DNA of 55,524 bases from Candidatus Liptonbacteria bacterium (GCA_016204335.1 JACQKU010000021.1:1-55524); one strand, 5' to 3'. Shown: positions 1 through 8,369, numbered from the stretch's first letter. The notes: generated by a model from the letters alone, not told the origin. Program-made: numbers and translations.

Positions 1-186
1 AAAAATCAAAAATCAAAATGACCCATTCAATGCAATTCAGGGTCATTCTGAGCAGAGTCGAACGGATGACAATGTAAAATTAAAAAATGAATTCAAGTGT
101 ACTTTTTTCCGCCAGAGGCGGATCCGCCCCTGGCGGAAAGTTTTTATTTGCCATTTTCCATTTTTACCTTTAAACTTTGAACTACT
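1..186. mobile_element. MITE-like palindromic element, cut by the window edge (A/T-word arms plus GC core, TCCGCCnnnGGCGGA twice)
   Basis: aaaatcaaaa-type arm at the 5' end. Core ttccgccagaggcggatccgcccctggcggaa at 107-138. T-rich partner arm runs to ~183. Same architecture at 18924-19056, 50008-50163, 54232-54406 and 55401-55524. Confidence 0.65.
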
Positions 187-187
187 T

Positions 188-805
188 ATGATGGGTCCAA
201 AAGAAAAAAAGGAACGCGCGCTTGGAGAACATCTCCATTTGAAAGCGCGCCGCTGTTTGTCCGCCAAGTGCGCTTTGGTGCGCCGGCCGCAGAAGCCGGG
301 CGTGCACGCAAAGAGCAAGAGAAGGCGGATGCTTTCCGATTTCGGCAGGCAGATTCGGGAAAAGCAGAAGTTCAAATTGATATACGGCATTGATGAGAGA
401 AGTTTAAGCAGAGTATTCAATCAGGCCCGGCAGAGCTCCGGTTCGACAGTCGATAAGCTTATTGAATTGGTCGGACGCCGACTCGACAATGCGATTTTTA
501 AATTGGGGTTCGGAGGTTCGCGTTCCGAAGCGCGCCAGCTTGTCGTGCACGGCCACATTATGGTAAATCAGAGGCGGGTGCGCTCCCCGGGTTTTCTGGT
601 TAAAACGAACGATATTGTCACTGTCCGGCCCGAATCGAAATCAAAAACAACGTTTCGGGCATTGAGCGAGTCCCTGAAAAATTATGAGCCGCCGGCGTGG
701 ATTCATCTTGATAAAGAAAAATTGGAAGGCAAAATCCTCGGGCTTCCGGAAGAGGAGCGGTTGCCGGTCGAAATGAATCTTTTGGTTGAATCATTAAACA
801 AGTAA
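188..805 (+). CDS. rpsD: 30S ribosomal protein S4
   Basis: Translation has the S4 N-terminal region and the S4 RNA-binding domain (RLDNAIFKLGFGGSRSEARQLVVHGHIMVN). Sits upstream of rpoA as in the alpha operon. Confidence 0.95.
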   Translation: MMGPKEKKERALGEHLHLKARRCLSAKCALVRRPQKPGVHAKSKRRRMLSDFGRQIREKQKFKLIYGIDERSLSRVFNQARQSSGSTVDKLIELVGRRLDNAIFKLGFGGSRSEARQLVVHGHIMVNQRRVRSPGFLVKTNDIVTVRPESKSKTTFRALSESLKNYEPPAWIHLDKEKLEGKILGLPEEERLPVEMNLLVESLNK

Positions 806-930
806 ACATAAGGTCAAAAATAAAATATCAAAATGCAAAATGAAAATGTAAAATGCAAAAAGAGTTGGAACTTTTTGAATTTTTATTTGTCATTTTGATT
901 TTTGACTTTTGCATTTTAAATTAAAATCAC
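806..930. repeat. Intergenic long hairpin built from aaaatg/caaaat words (no GC core)
   Basis: Left arm atcaaaatgcaaaatgaaaatgtaaaatgcaaaaag is complementary to right arm tttatttgtcattttgatttttgacttttgcatttt. Confidence 0.6.
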
Positions 931-1713
931 ATGGAATACACTCATCTTAGCGAAACAGTAACCGTCAAAACAGTATCCGAAGAGGCGAATAAAGGAGTAT
1001 TTGAGATTGAAGGCCTCTATTCCGGCTACGGAATGACTATCGGCAACGCCCTCCGCCGGACTCTTCTTTCATCGTTGCCGGGCGCGGCCGTCACATATCT
1101 CAAAATCAAAAACGCGTCCCACGAATTTTCAACATTGCCTGGAGTCAAAGAGGATTTGGTGGAGTTAATCTTAAATTTCAAACGATTACGGTTTCGGATG
1201 CATACCGATGAGCCGCAAATTCTCACGCTCAAAGCGAAAGGAGAGCAAATGGTAACGGCGGGAGACATCAAGCCGAGCGCGCTTGCCGAAATTGTCAATC
1301 CGAAGGAAGTTCTCGCGACCTTGACTTCGAAAAGCGCGGAACTGGATATGGAAATAACCGTGGAGCGAGGCCTCGGATATTCTCCGGCGGAAGACCGCGG
1401 AGACAAAAAACTTACCGTGGGTTTAATTGCCGTTGACGCGTTTTTTTCCCCGGTCAGAAAAGTGAATTACGGCGTGGAAAATATGCGTGTGGGCGAGCGA
1501 ACCGATTACAGCCGGCTCAAGCTTGAAATAGAGACGGACGGCACAATCAGCCCTTCGTCGGCGCTTCACAAATCGGCGAATATTTTGAACGATCACTTTC
1601 AGAAAGTGGGCGCGGTGCCGGTTCAGGAATTCGAAACCGTTGCGGCAAAAACATCGAAAACCGCCAAAAAGGAAGAAGGAGCCGGCAAGAAGAAAGGCAA
1701 GTCGAAAAAATAA
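931..1713 (+). CDS. rpoA: DNA-directed RNA polymerase alpha subunit, N-terminal domain only with a Lys-rich tail
   Basis: GYGMTIGNALRRTLLSSLPGAAV and VDAFFSPVRKVNY motifs of the alpha NTD. The 260-aa ORF ends in AKKEEGAGKKKGKSKK and has no alpha-CTD-like segment. Confidence 0.9.
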   Translation: MEYTHLSETVTVKTVSEEANKGVFEIEGLYSGYGMTIGNALRRTLLSSLPGAAVTYLKIKNASHEFSTLPGVKEDLVELILNFKRLRFRMHTDEPQILTLKAKGEQMVTAGDIKPSALAEIVNPKEVLATLTSKSAELDMEITVERGLGYSPAEDRGDKKLTVGLIAVDAFFSPVRKVNYGVENMRVGERTDYSRLKLEIETDGTISPSSALHKSANILNDHFQKVGAVPVQEFETVAAKTSKTAKKEEGAGKKKGKSKK

Positions 1714-1808
1714 GGTAATGCTACGAAATACGAAATAGTACGAATATATGAAAAGGATTTGAATACATTCGTATATTCGTAAAAAATTCGTAATTCGTAG
1801 AGAATTTC
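1714..1808. repeat. Intergenic hairpin built from tacgaa(a/t) words
   Basis: ctacgaaatacgaaatagtacgaatata pairs with tatattcgtaaaaaattcgtaattcgtag. Related copies at 17280-17369, 48664-48786, 49609-49688 and 54773-54857. Confidence 0.7.
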
Positions 1809-2162
1809 ATGAGACACCGCAAGAAAGGAAAAAAGTTCGGAATGGTAACCGGAAAGCGCCGGGCATTTCTTCGGATTCTGGCCGGCAATCTTATCCGCGA
1901 CGAGCGGATTGAGACCACTGAAGCGCGGGCGAAAGCAATCAGGCCGCTTATGGAAAAACTGGTTACCATCGGAAAGAAGCAGGACCTTGCGGCAAGGCGT
2001 TTGCTTCTCAAGCGTCTTCATAATAAGGACATCGTTGAGAAACTCTATGGCGAACTGGCTCCGCGGTACAGTGAGCGCGCAGGAGGGTATCTCCGGGTCG
2101 TGAAATCCGCGAAAGCGAGGAAAAGGGACGGCGTGAGAACGGCTGTGATAGAGTTTGTATAA
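1809..2162 (+). CDS. rplQ: 50S ribosomal protein L17
   Basis: MRHRKKGKKFG...RRAFLRILAGNLI...GGYLRVVK is typical L17. Follows rpoA. Confidence 0.95.
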   Translation: MRHRKKGKKFGMVTGKRRAFLRILAGNLIRDERIETTEARAKAIRPLMEKLVTIGKKQDLAARRLLLKRLHNKDIVEKLYGELAPRYSERAGGYLRVVKSAKARKRDGVRTAVIEFV

Positions 2163-2284
2163 ACAAAATCAAACATCAAAATGCAAAATGAAAATGTAAA
2201 ATGCAAAAAGAATTCATGCGTTAACATTTTTTAATTTTGATTTGTCATTTTTATTTTTGATATTTGCATTTTGAATTTATTATT
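2163..2284. repeat. Intergenic hairpin of the aaaatcaaa/aaaatgcaaaatg family
   Basis: atcaaaatgcaaaatgaaaatgtaaaatgcaaaaag pairs with ttttgatttgtcatttttatttttgatatttgcatttt around a central gaattcatgcgttaac. Confidence 0.6.
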
Positions 2285-2662
2285 ATGGATTACAAAATTG
2301 ACGGAAAAAATAAAATACTGGGAAGATTGGCTTCCGAAATCGCCCTGATACTTCAAGGGAAAAAATCTCCGAAATACGAGCCGAGGAATGTTGGGAGCGA
2401 CAGAGTGCTTCTCAAGAACTTTCGCGACGTAGCCGTAAGCGGCAAAAAATTCAAGGAAAAAATCTATTATCGCCATACTGGTTATGTCGGGCATTTGAAA
2501 AAACAGACGTATGAAGAAATAGTCAAAAAAGACCCAAGGCAGGCCGTGCGCGAAGCGGTGCGGAGAATGCTCCCCAAGAATTTTTTGAACGCCAAACGGC
2601 TGAAAAATTTAATTTTTATTGAAAACGACAATGGTTCGACAAGCTCACCACAAAATGGTTAA
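2285..2662 (+). CDS. rplM: 50S ribosomal protein L13
   Basis: ILGRLASEIALILQGK...YYRHTGYVGHLK is L13-like. Start placed at the ATG for MDYKIDG; the ORF track's TTG at 2264 lies inside the hairpin repeat. Confidence 0.9.
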   Translation: MDYKIDGKNKILGRLASEIALILQGKKSPKYEPRNVGSDRVLLKNFRDVAVSGKKFKEKIYYRHTGYVGHLKKQTYEEIVKKDPRQAVREAVRRMLPKNFLNAKRLKNLIFIENDNGSTSSPQNG

Positions 2663-3128
2663 AAAAATCGATTCCCCGCAACCGAAAAAAGCGGATGGTT
2701 CGACACGGCTCACCACAAGTGGTTCGGCACACGCACCACGAGAGCGGTATTTCGAGGGAATCGGCAGGCGGAAAACCGCCGTCGCGCGCGTGCGCATCGT
2801 GTCCGGCAAAGGCGGGATTTTGGTGAACAACAAGGAAGCGAAAGCGTACTTTCCAATGCCGGCGCTTCAGCAGATTATTTCTTCTCCTCTCGAGAACCTT
2901 AAAATGGCGGACAAATTCGACATCAGCGCGAAATTGAGCGGCGGCGGCATCCACGCGCAGGCGGAAGCGCTTCGCCTGGGGCTTTCGCGGGCGTTGGTGC
3001 TTTTAAACCCTGATTTTAAAAAGAAGCTCCGCGGGCTCGGATTCATGACCCGCGATTCGAGAATGGTGGAGCGCAAAAAATATGGGCTTAAGAAAGCAAG
3101 GAGAGCGCCTCAGTGGCAGAAACGTTAA
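2655..3128 (+). CDS. rpsI: 30S ribosomal protein S9 with an N-terminal extension
   Basis: GRRKTAVARVRI...GGGIHAQAEALRLGLSRAL...TRDSRMVERKKYGLKKARRAPQWQKR. Start uncertain (2619, 2631 or 2655). The 2655 ATG overlaps the L13 stop as ATGGTTAA. Confidence 0.85.
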   Translation: MVKKIDSPQPKKADGSTRLTTSGSAHAPRERYFEGIGRRKTAVARVRIVSGKGGILVNNKEAKAYFPMPALQQIISSPLENLKMADKFDISAKLSGGGIHAQAEALRLGLSRALVLLNPDFKKKLRGLGFMTRDSRMVERKKYGLKKARRAPQWQKR

Positions 3129-3177
3129 TCATCTTTAGCGCTATGACGCGTCATAGCGCCGGGCTTTGTTCATATCT

Positions 3178-4515
3178 TCAATCCCGCGCAAACTCCAAAC
3201 TCCAAAGCCCGTTATTTTTTACAAAGTAGAGCTTATTCGACTGTTCGTCGTAGAGGGCAGGTTTTCCGGAAGCGATTATCGGAAAGTTCTCGAGCGCCTT
3301 ATCGTTCAAGTCGAGGAATCGGACTGTTTCGGGATAAATCACGAAAAGATGGTTTGCATCCTTGTACCATTCGAGCCGTTCGATTTTTTCGTTATCAGGC
3401 AGGCGGAACCGCCAGTAGTCGTTTTCGGAACCGAACGAAAAAATTTCCACACTGTTATGTTCCAGCGCCGCGACTAAATCCTTGTTTTTCGAAAAAGAAA
3501 AATCTTTGACGTCGCTTGCCGTTTTTTGGGCAGGATTTTCTCCGGTTCGTTCGACGTAAAAACCGCCGTCGTCCTGCAGTATGCCGAGTTTGTTGCCGTT
3601 CCGGAAATCCAGTTTTACCGTTTTTCCCGCGAATGTTTTACCGTTCAGCCGCGTTTGAGAAGCGCGATTGTAGAGAGTTAAATCGGACGTATTGCCTCTT
3701 GCGTTAAACGTCGTCCACGCGAACCAATAAGCGGAAGCCGTGAATTGAATTATCGTTGAGCTCGATTTTTCAGTCGCAGACAGTTTGTTATTCGAGATAT
3801 CGAAAACAGAGACCGAATCAGAGGTTTGAAGAAGCAAGTTTTTGTCATTGCCGGGGTCAATTAAAACTTTTTGAAATCCCGGCGAACGGATACCGAGATT
3901 TTTTCCTCCTTGTACGGAAAACGAGGGATTGAAATTTGTGCTCGTCGGCGCGCCGCCTGAAACATCGTTAATGAAATACGCTTTATTTTTTTTGTCTTCC
4001 GTCAGGATTTTTTTGAAGTCCGCTGTCCAGCCGATAACTTCGTTGCCGCTCAATTTTGAGCCATCCCACAGAAGTTCGCCGCGTTCATTTTGAATAAGAG
4101 GTTTTTGGTTCACGAGCCAAAAATTTTTAACGGAACTTGTGGCGACCCTTTCCGCAGTTTTTGGAATTAAAACCGCGTATTTGATTTCTGAAACAAGAGA
4201 CGGCTTCACTGCGATATGTTCTTCCCAGTCAAGATACCCTTCGGCATTGAGCGCAAGTTTGTAATTTTTGGGGAACAGACCGTTGATAAACGTGCCGCGC
4301 GTCAGTATGCCGGTTTTATTTTCTATCAGTTTGCCGTTTAGGCGAATATCCGCGGAGGCGGGAAAACTTTTTACGTAGATTGCGCCGACCTTCCGAACCC
4401 GGAACGTTTCCAAGTCAAGCCGCCAGCCCTGGGCGTACAATATGATGGCGCCGCCCAAGAGCGGAAACAGCAGTAAAAGCCCGTAAAATAAAGACCGCCT
4501 TGTTTTTTTAGTCAT
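3178..4515 (-). CDS. Membrane-anchored PEGA-domain protein
   Basis: N-terminal MTKKTRRSLFYGLLLLFPLLGGAIILY signal anchor, followed by a PEGA-like segment (VKSFPASADIRLNGK...NYKLALNAEGYLDWEEHIAV). The ORF extends to 4581, but the internal ATG fits an anchor better. Confidence 0.7.
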   Translation of the reverse strand: MTKKTRRSLFYGLLLLFPLLGGAIILYAQGWRLDLETFRVRKVGAIYVKSFPASADIRLNGKLIENKTGILTRGTFINGLFPKNYKLALNAEGYLDWEEHIAVKPSLVSEIKYAVLIPKTAERVATSSVKNFWLVNQKPLIQNERGELLWDGSKLSGNEVIGWTADFKKILTEDKKNKAYFINDVSGGAPTSTNFNPSFSVQGGKNLGIRSPGFQKVLIDPGNDKNLLLQTSDSVSVFDISNNKLSATEKSSSTIIQFTASAYWFAWTTFNARGNTSDLTLYNRASQTRLNGKTFAGKTVKLDFRNGNKLGILQDDGGFYVERTGENPAQKTASDVKDFSFSKNKDLVAALEHNSVEIFSFGSENDYWRFRLPDNEKIERLEWYKDANHLFVIYPETVRFLDLNDKALENFPIIASGKPALYDEQSNKLYFVKNNGLWSLEFARD

Positions 4516-4619
4516 TGTTGAAGGTGATATGCCAGGCAGTAGAAATGCGATATGTCTTGCAACCGGCCGCAATGCGACCATCGCATTTTCACTGCCTGTT
4601 ATGGTATACTTATCATACT

Positions 4620-4855
4620 CCCGCTTTAGAAGTTCGGATTAAATAATTTTTTAAGGGAGGACGATATCTCTTCGGCCTTTGGGTCGGAGTTGAGTCCACC
4701 CACCTGGCTTTACACCGGGCATTTCTAGGCGGGATTGCAAAGACGTTCGCGTGAGCTAGGCAGTAGAGTTTCGAGAAGTCGCGCAAGGCGCGCCGAGACG
4801 TGAGGCCTCGTACTCGAAACTTCACTGCCTGGTGAGGCGGACGTTTTTGATTTTT
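4620..4855. ncRNA. Candidate structured RNA or long structured leader, family unknown
   Basis: GC-rich 345-nt non-coding gap. Long imperfect stem: aggcagtagagtttcgag pairs with ctcgaaacttcactgcct. A T-run follows on +. Promoter-like boxes occur on both strands (tggtatact on +, ttaata-N17-taatac on -). Confidence 0.3.
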
Positions 4856-4926
4856 TAGAGTTTATAGCCCGCAGTATTACAGTATACAGTATACAGTATT
4901 AACATTTTATACGATCGTAGAAAATG

Positions 4927-5232
4927 TTAATATTTTCGCCACCAGACTGAAAGCAAGATAAGCTTCCCGAGTACGAGCGTTTTTGGTATGAGGCCGAACT
5001 CTCGACTTGAATTTGCCCACGGGACGATTCCGGAGACTTCATATGAGTCGGCAATGATTTTCTTCACTTTTTTGACGAAAATCTCTTTCCGGTTTTTCGG
5101 ATTTTTGAAAATAACATAATCGCCGGCGTTCGGCTTGAACAGCGAGGTCGCAAGATAGCGTTTGCCCGGAATCAGTTCCGGCCATAAACTTTCACCTTCC
5201 ACTTTAACCAAAAATAACATAAATGTATTCAA
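4927..5232 (-). CDS. sodX: S26-family peptidase, Ni-SOD maturation protease-like
   Basis: GESLWPEL (Ser motif) and KKVKKI (Lys) of signal-peptidase-like enzymes. About 100 aa. Immediately downstream of sodN. Confidence 0.7.
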   Translation of the reverse strand: MNTFMLFLVKVEGESLWPELIPGKRYLATSLFKPNAGDYVIFKNPKNRKEIFVKKVKKIIADSYEVSGIVPWANSSREFGLIPKTLVLGKLILLSVWWRKY

Positions 5233-5312
5233 ACTCTAAATCCGAAATTCTAAATCCTAAACAAATCTCAATACCAAATAGGACTTGGTGCTTAGAATTT
5301 AGAATTTTTTAC
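5233..5312. repeat. Intergenic hairpin built from ctaaat/tctaaa words
   Basis: ctaaatccgaaattctaaatcctaaac is partly complementary to cttagaatttagaatttt. Confidence 0.45.
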
Positions 5313-5801
5313 CTAGTAGAGCTTGTCGGTAAGTATTTTATATGCATCGAAGCGTTCGGGAACGTTTTTGACTTCGTAAAAAATTTTCGCGATTTCATCC
5401 ACGGCGCCGACCAGTTTTTTCGCGGCTTCTTCGTCAACGTCCTGTTTTACTTTCGAGCAGAGTTTTTCCGCGTTCCAGAACAATTCGTGCAGGTTCGGTT
5501 GCTTTGCAAGATGCTCGGGCTTGAAGAAATCGGACCAGAGAATCGCCAACTCTCTTTTGCATATCTCCGCGTGCGTTTCTTTGACCGCTATGCGGCGATT
5601 GACGCCGTTGAGATAATGGAGCCGTTCGTGCGCGTCATCCCAGTTTTTCGTGAGCTCGAACGCATTCAGTTGTTCGGTCATCCGCAAGGCGGTTTTCGCC
5701 GCGATTTTCGCAGGCGTGGGCTCGTAAATGCCGCAAGGAATGTCGCAGTGGGCCTGCGCCGAAATCACCGGAAGAATTTTGTAAATGTATTTTTTAAGCA
5801 T
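5313..5801 (-). CDS. sodN: Nickel superoxide dismutase precursor
   Basis: A 17-aa leader (MLKKYIYKILPVISAQA) is followed by HCDIPCGIY, which matches the Ni-hook HCxxPCGxY. Confidence 0.9.
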   Translation of the reverse strand: MLKKYIYKILPVISAQAHCDIPCGIYEPTPAKIAAKTALRMTEQLNAFELTKNWDDAHERLHYLNGVNRRIAVKETHAEICKRELAILWSDFFKPEHLAKQPNLHELFWNAEKLCSKVKQDVDEEAAKKLVGAVDEIAKIFYEVKNVPERFDAYKILTDKLY

Positions 5802-5900
5802 TGTATTTTGAGTTTGTTATTGATTTTCGACTTTTTTGCCCCGCCGTTGGCGGGGTACAAGAAACGCTAAGCTCGTATACTCGCTAAGCGATTTCCAATG

Positions 5901-5971
5901 TCGGGCCGCCGGGAATCGAACCCGGTCTAAACGCACCCCATGCGCTCGTACTGCCGGTATACTACGGCCCG
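5901..5971 (-). tRNA. tRNA-Pro (anticodon GGG)
   Basis: Reverse complement is CGGGCCGTAGTATACCGGCAGTACGAGCGCATGGGGTGCGTTTAGACCGGGTTCGATTCCCGGCGGCCCGA. Hand-folded cloverleaf with a 7-bp acceptor, GGTTCGATTCC T-arm and anticodon loop AUGGGGU. CCA is not encoded. Confidence 0.85.
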
Positions 5972-6028
5972 TTCGGAGATATCGGAGATACAGATTTAAT
6001 ATACTGTAGTTGCCCAATAAAACCAAGT

Positions 6029-6826
6029 TCAGTTTCCCTGTTTCAATCCTTCAATAATCTTTTTGAAACCCAAAAGCCTTTCCTTTAGTTTTGGATTTAG
6101 GCTTGTCAACCTATCTTCCAGTTCTAATCCTTGAATTTGAGCCGAAATAGATTCTATGAAATAGCCGAAGATTTGTTTTTCAAAATCTGACTGTTCGCCA
6201 TGCGCATCTTTAAATTTTCTGACACCTTCTCTGATAATATTTGAGGAAAGCGCGATATAGAATAACGGGATATGCTCTGCCCCCGCAGGGGTAACTACTT
6301 TTTTGTCACCTATATCTTTCAGCCGTAGAGCGTATTTAACGTTGGAACCCCCTCTCGTATTTCGATCCATCACCGCCTTTTGTTTTTCTGAATAGAATCG
6401 GTCGTTTATGTCGCTTACTTCATCGAAAGCGCATATGAGATGCCCATTTTCTTTGTCGAGTAGCATCGTATCAACGTGATTTACTGCATCATCGTGGTGT
6501 GATGTACGGGCGACTATAAATTGTTTTCCCAAGTTCTTCAAAAAAAGAGCGTATGCTAAACGTTCAAGCATTTCGCCGTCTAGATTCGCTTTTTGCTTCT
6601 CAGTAGTTCCTTCGATTCTTGATGCTTCTTGCCTGATGTCTTCATCAACGCTTTCGCCATAGAGCAGTTTATACCCTTCCATTCTTATTCTGCCATCTTC
6701 TCCGATTGGAAGTCCTTGCTTTCTGTAATCAGCCGTGGCCGATTCTATGAATCTTGCCAACGCAGGCACTCTTTCTTCTGTTTCCGCTTCGGATAAGTCC
6801 CTCCGAATTTTCCCGAAATCTTTCAT
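6029..6826 (-). CDS. Hypothetical protein (265 aa), no family recognised
   Basis: Long ORF with native-like composition. Its start overlaps the rpmB stop (ATGA at 6823-6826). Confidence 0.65.
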   Translation of the reverse strand: MKDFGKIRRDLSEAETEERVPALARFIESATADYRKQGLPIGEDGRIRMEGYKLLYGESVDEDIRQEASRIEGTTEKQKANLDGEMLERLAYALFLKNLGKQFIVARTSHHDDAVNHVDTMLLDKENGHLICAFDEVSDINDRFYSEKQKAVMDRNTRGGSNVKYALRLKDIGDKKVVTPAGAEHIPLFYIALSSNIIREGVRKFKDAHGEQSDFEKQIFGYFIESISAQIQGLELEDRLTSLNPKLKERLLGFKKIIEGLKQGN

Positions 6827-7014
6827 TTACTCGTTGTGGTTTTATTCAACGTTTTCAGGCAGTTCGTGCAGATGAGTTTCCGTATGCCTTTCACCTTTGC
6901 AAACTGGAGATTGGGATATTTTCTCGACGTTGATGTGGGGTTGTAATGCCCGCGCAAGAGTTTCCGCTTGCCGCCGATTTTAGAGCCTTTGTCGCAGAGT
7001 GTGCAGTGTCGCAT
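6823..7014 (-). CDS. rpmB: 50S ribosomal protein L28
   Basis: MRHCTLCDKGSKIGGKRKLLRGHYNPTSTSRKYPNLQ... is L28-like. Start placed at the second ATG. Confidence 0.8.
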   Translation of the reverse strand: MRHCTLCDKGSKIGGKRKLLRGHYNPTSTSRKYPNLQFAKVKGIRKLICTNCLKTLNKTTTSK

Positions 7015-7116
7015 GGTAGTAGGTGTCAAGTATCATGTGTCATATATCAAGAGAGGTTGAACAAAAATCAGTTTGGATTTCTATCCTGATACTTGATACC
7101 TGATACGTGACACTTT

Positions 7117-7593
7117 TTACTCTATTTTCACATTTAACTTCTTCGACTTTTTTCGGTTGAGTTTCGGAAGCCGGACGGTCAAAATGCCGTTTTTGAAATT
7201 AACAGTCGCGCGGTCCGGGTCGATTTCTTCCGGCAGAATAACCGAGCGTGAAAATCTGCCCCAGTAGCATTCCTGATAGAAATAATCCCCGTCTTTTATT
7301 TTTTCGTCCCTGCGGCGTTCGCCTTTGATGGTAATCGAGTCGGTTGAAACGTTCACATCCAAATCCTCGGGCTTGATGCCCGCGATTGCCGATTCAACGA
7401 CTATTTCCGAAGGCGTTTTATAGACATCTATAGTCAGCTTGCCCTCGGTTTCAATCTCGTCGTCAGCCCATTTTTTCGCGGGCGTTTTTTCTTCCGTCTC
7501 GGAAGAATCCTCGCCGGCATCGACTTTGTAGTGATGGTTATCGGGTCCGCCTTTCGCGAGCGATTCAAAAAATTTTTCTTCGGAAGTAGCCAT
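7117..7593 (-). CDS. Hsp20/alpha-crystallin small heat-shock protein
   Basis: An alpha-crystallin domain is evident: LTIDVYKTPSEIVVESAIAGIKPEDLDVNV...GRFSRSVILPEEIDPDRATVNFKNGILTVRLPK. Confidence 0.9.
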   Translation of the reverse strand: MATSEEKFFESLAKGGPDNHHYKVDAGEDSSETEEKTPAKKWADDEIETEGKLTIDVYKTPSEIVVESAIAGIKPEDLDVNVSTDSITIKGERRRDEKIKDGDYFYQECYWGRFSRSVILPEEIDPDRATVNFKNGILTVRLPKLNRKKSKKLNVKIE

Positions 7594-7667
7594 TGTAGTA
7601 TTCGCGAATAATGCTAATTGTTATTAATAATGCGAATGGTTATGATTCGCGTTATTCGCGATTACTT
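7594..7667. repeat. Intergenic hairpin built from gcgaat/attcgc words
   Basis: gtattcgcgaataatgc...aataatgcgaatgg...gattcgcgttattcgcgattac contains inverted gcgaata words. Confidence 0.45.
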
Positions 7668-8369
7668 TTATACCCTTTCTCCTCTCAATTTTTGGAAATC
7701 GGTCAGCGTAAAGAAGCCGATGATGATTACAAAAATGACGGAATACAGGAGGTTGCCGTAGTTAAGTATAAGATAGTTGAAGACGGCGTGCAAGCACGTC
7801 GCGAAGACAATCCCGACAACCAGGAGTTTTTTGTCAAGGAAATGCCTTATATCCAGCGCCCAGTAGTATCCGAGGAGCGATGAGGTGAGTGTGTGAAGAA
7901 GCGTGGCGCCGACGAATCGGAATGAGGCGATTTCAAATACCGTGTCTAACATGTTGGCTTGGCTTCCTCCGCCAGAAAGCGCCGCAAGGTTTTCAACGGT
8001 TGCGAATCCGAGCGCCGCCACCGCCATATATACCATAGCGTCAACCGGTTCGTCAAAAAATTTGCTTTTGTGGATGGAAAAATACGCGGCTCCGAATTTA
8101 GAAATTTCTTCGACGAATGCGAAAATAAGAACAAGAAGCGGCGTAAGTTCAGCGCGGATGAAAAATTTTTCCTGACAGCCGACAAAATAATACGCAATCC
8201 CGCAGTTTACAAAAAGCTGGACTATCAAAGCGAAAATCGCAGAACCCATTCCCGCTAAAAATACGAGAGCTATCAGCCGTTTTGGTTCGGGATGCAGGTC
8301 CTCACGAAGATAAAAAAAGAGCCACGCGAAACCGGGAAGCAAGCCAAGAATTATTATGAGGGCAATCAT
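7668..8369 (-). CDS. prsW: PrsW-family intramembrane protease
   Basis: Multi-pass membrane protein with the FVEEISKFGAAYF (EExxK) motif and later His motifs (LLHTLTS, CLHAVFN). Confidence 0.75.
   Translation of the reverse strand: MIALIIILGLLPGFAWLFFYLREDLHPEPKRLIALVFLAGMGSAIFALIVQLFVNCGIAYYFVGCQEKFFIRAELTPLLVLIFAFVEEISKFGAAYFSIHKSKFFDEPVDAMVYMAVAALGFATVENLAALSGGGSQANMLDTVFEIASFRFVGATLLHTLTSSLLGYYWALDIRHFLDKKLLVVGIVFATCLHAVFNYLILNYGNLLYSVIFVIIIGFFTLTDFQKLRGERV

Noticed and set aside
4590-4860. Assignment of the structured gap to tmRNA, RNase P RNA or SRP RNA
   Set aside because: There is no tRNA-like GGTTCGA T-arm or CCA-proximal acceptor, no GAGGAAAGUCC/ACAGAACCCGGCUUA P4 pair, and no GGAAGCAGC-type SRP domain IV on either strand. 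A tag-like frame ending ...AKTFA* is probably coincidental.
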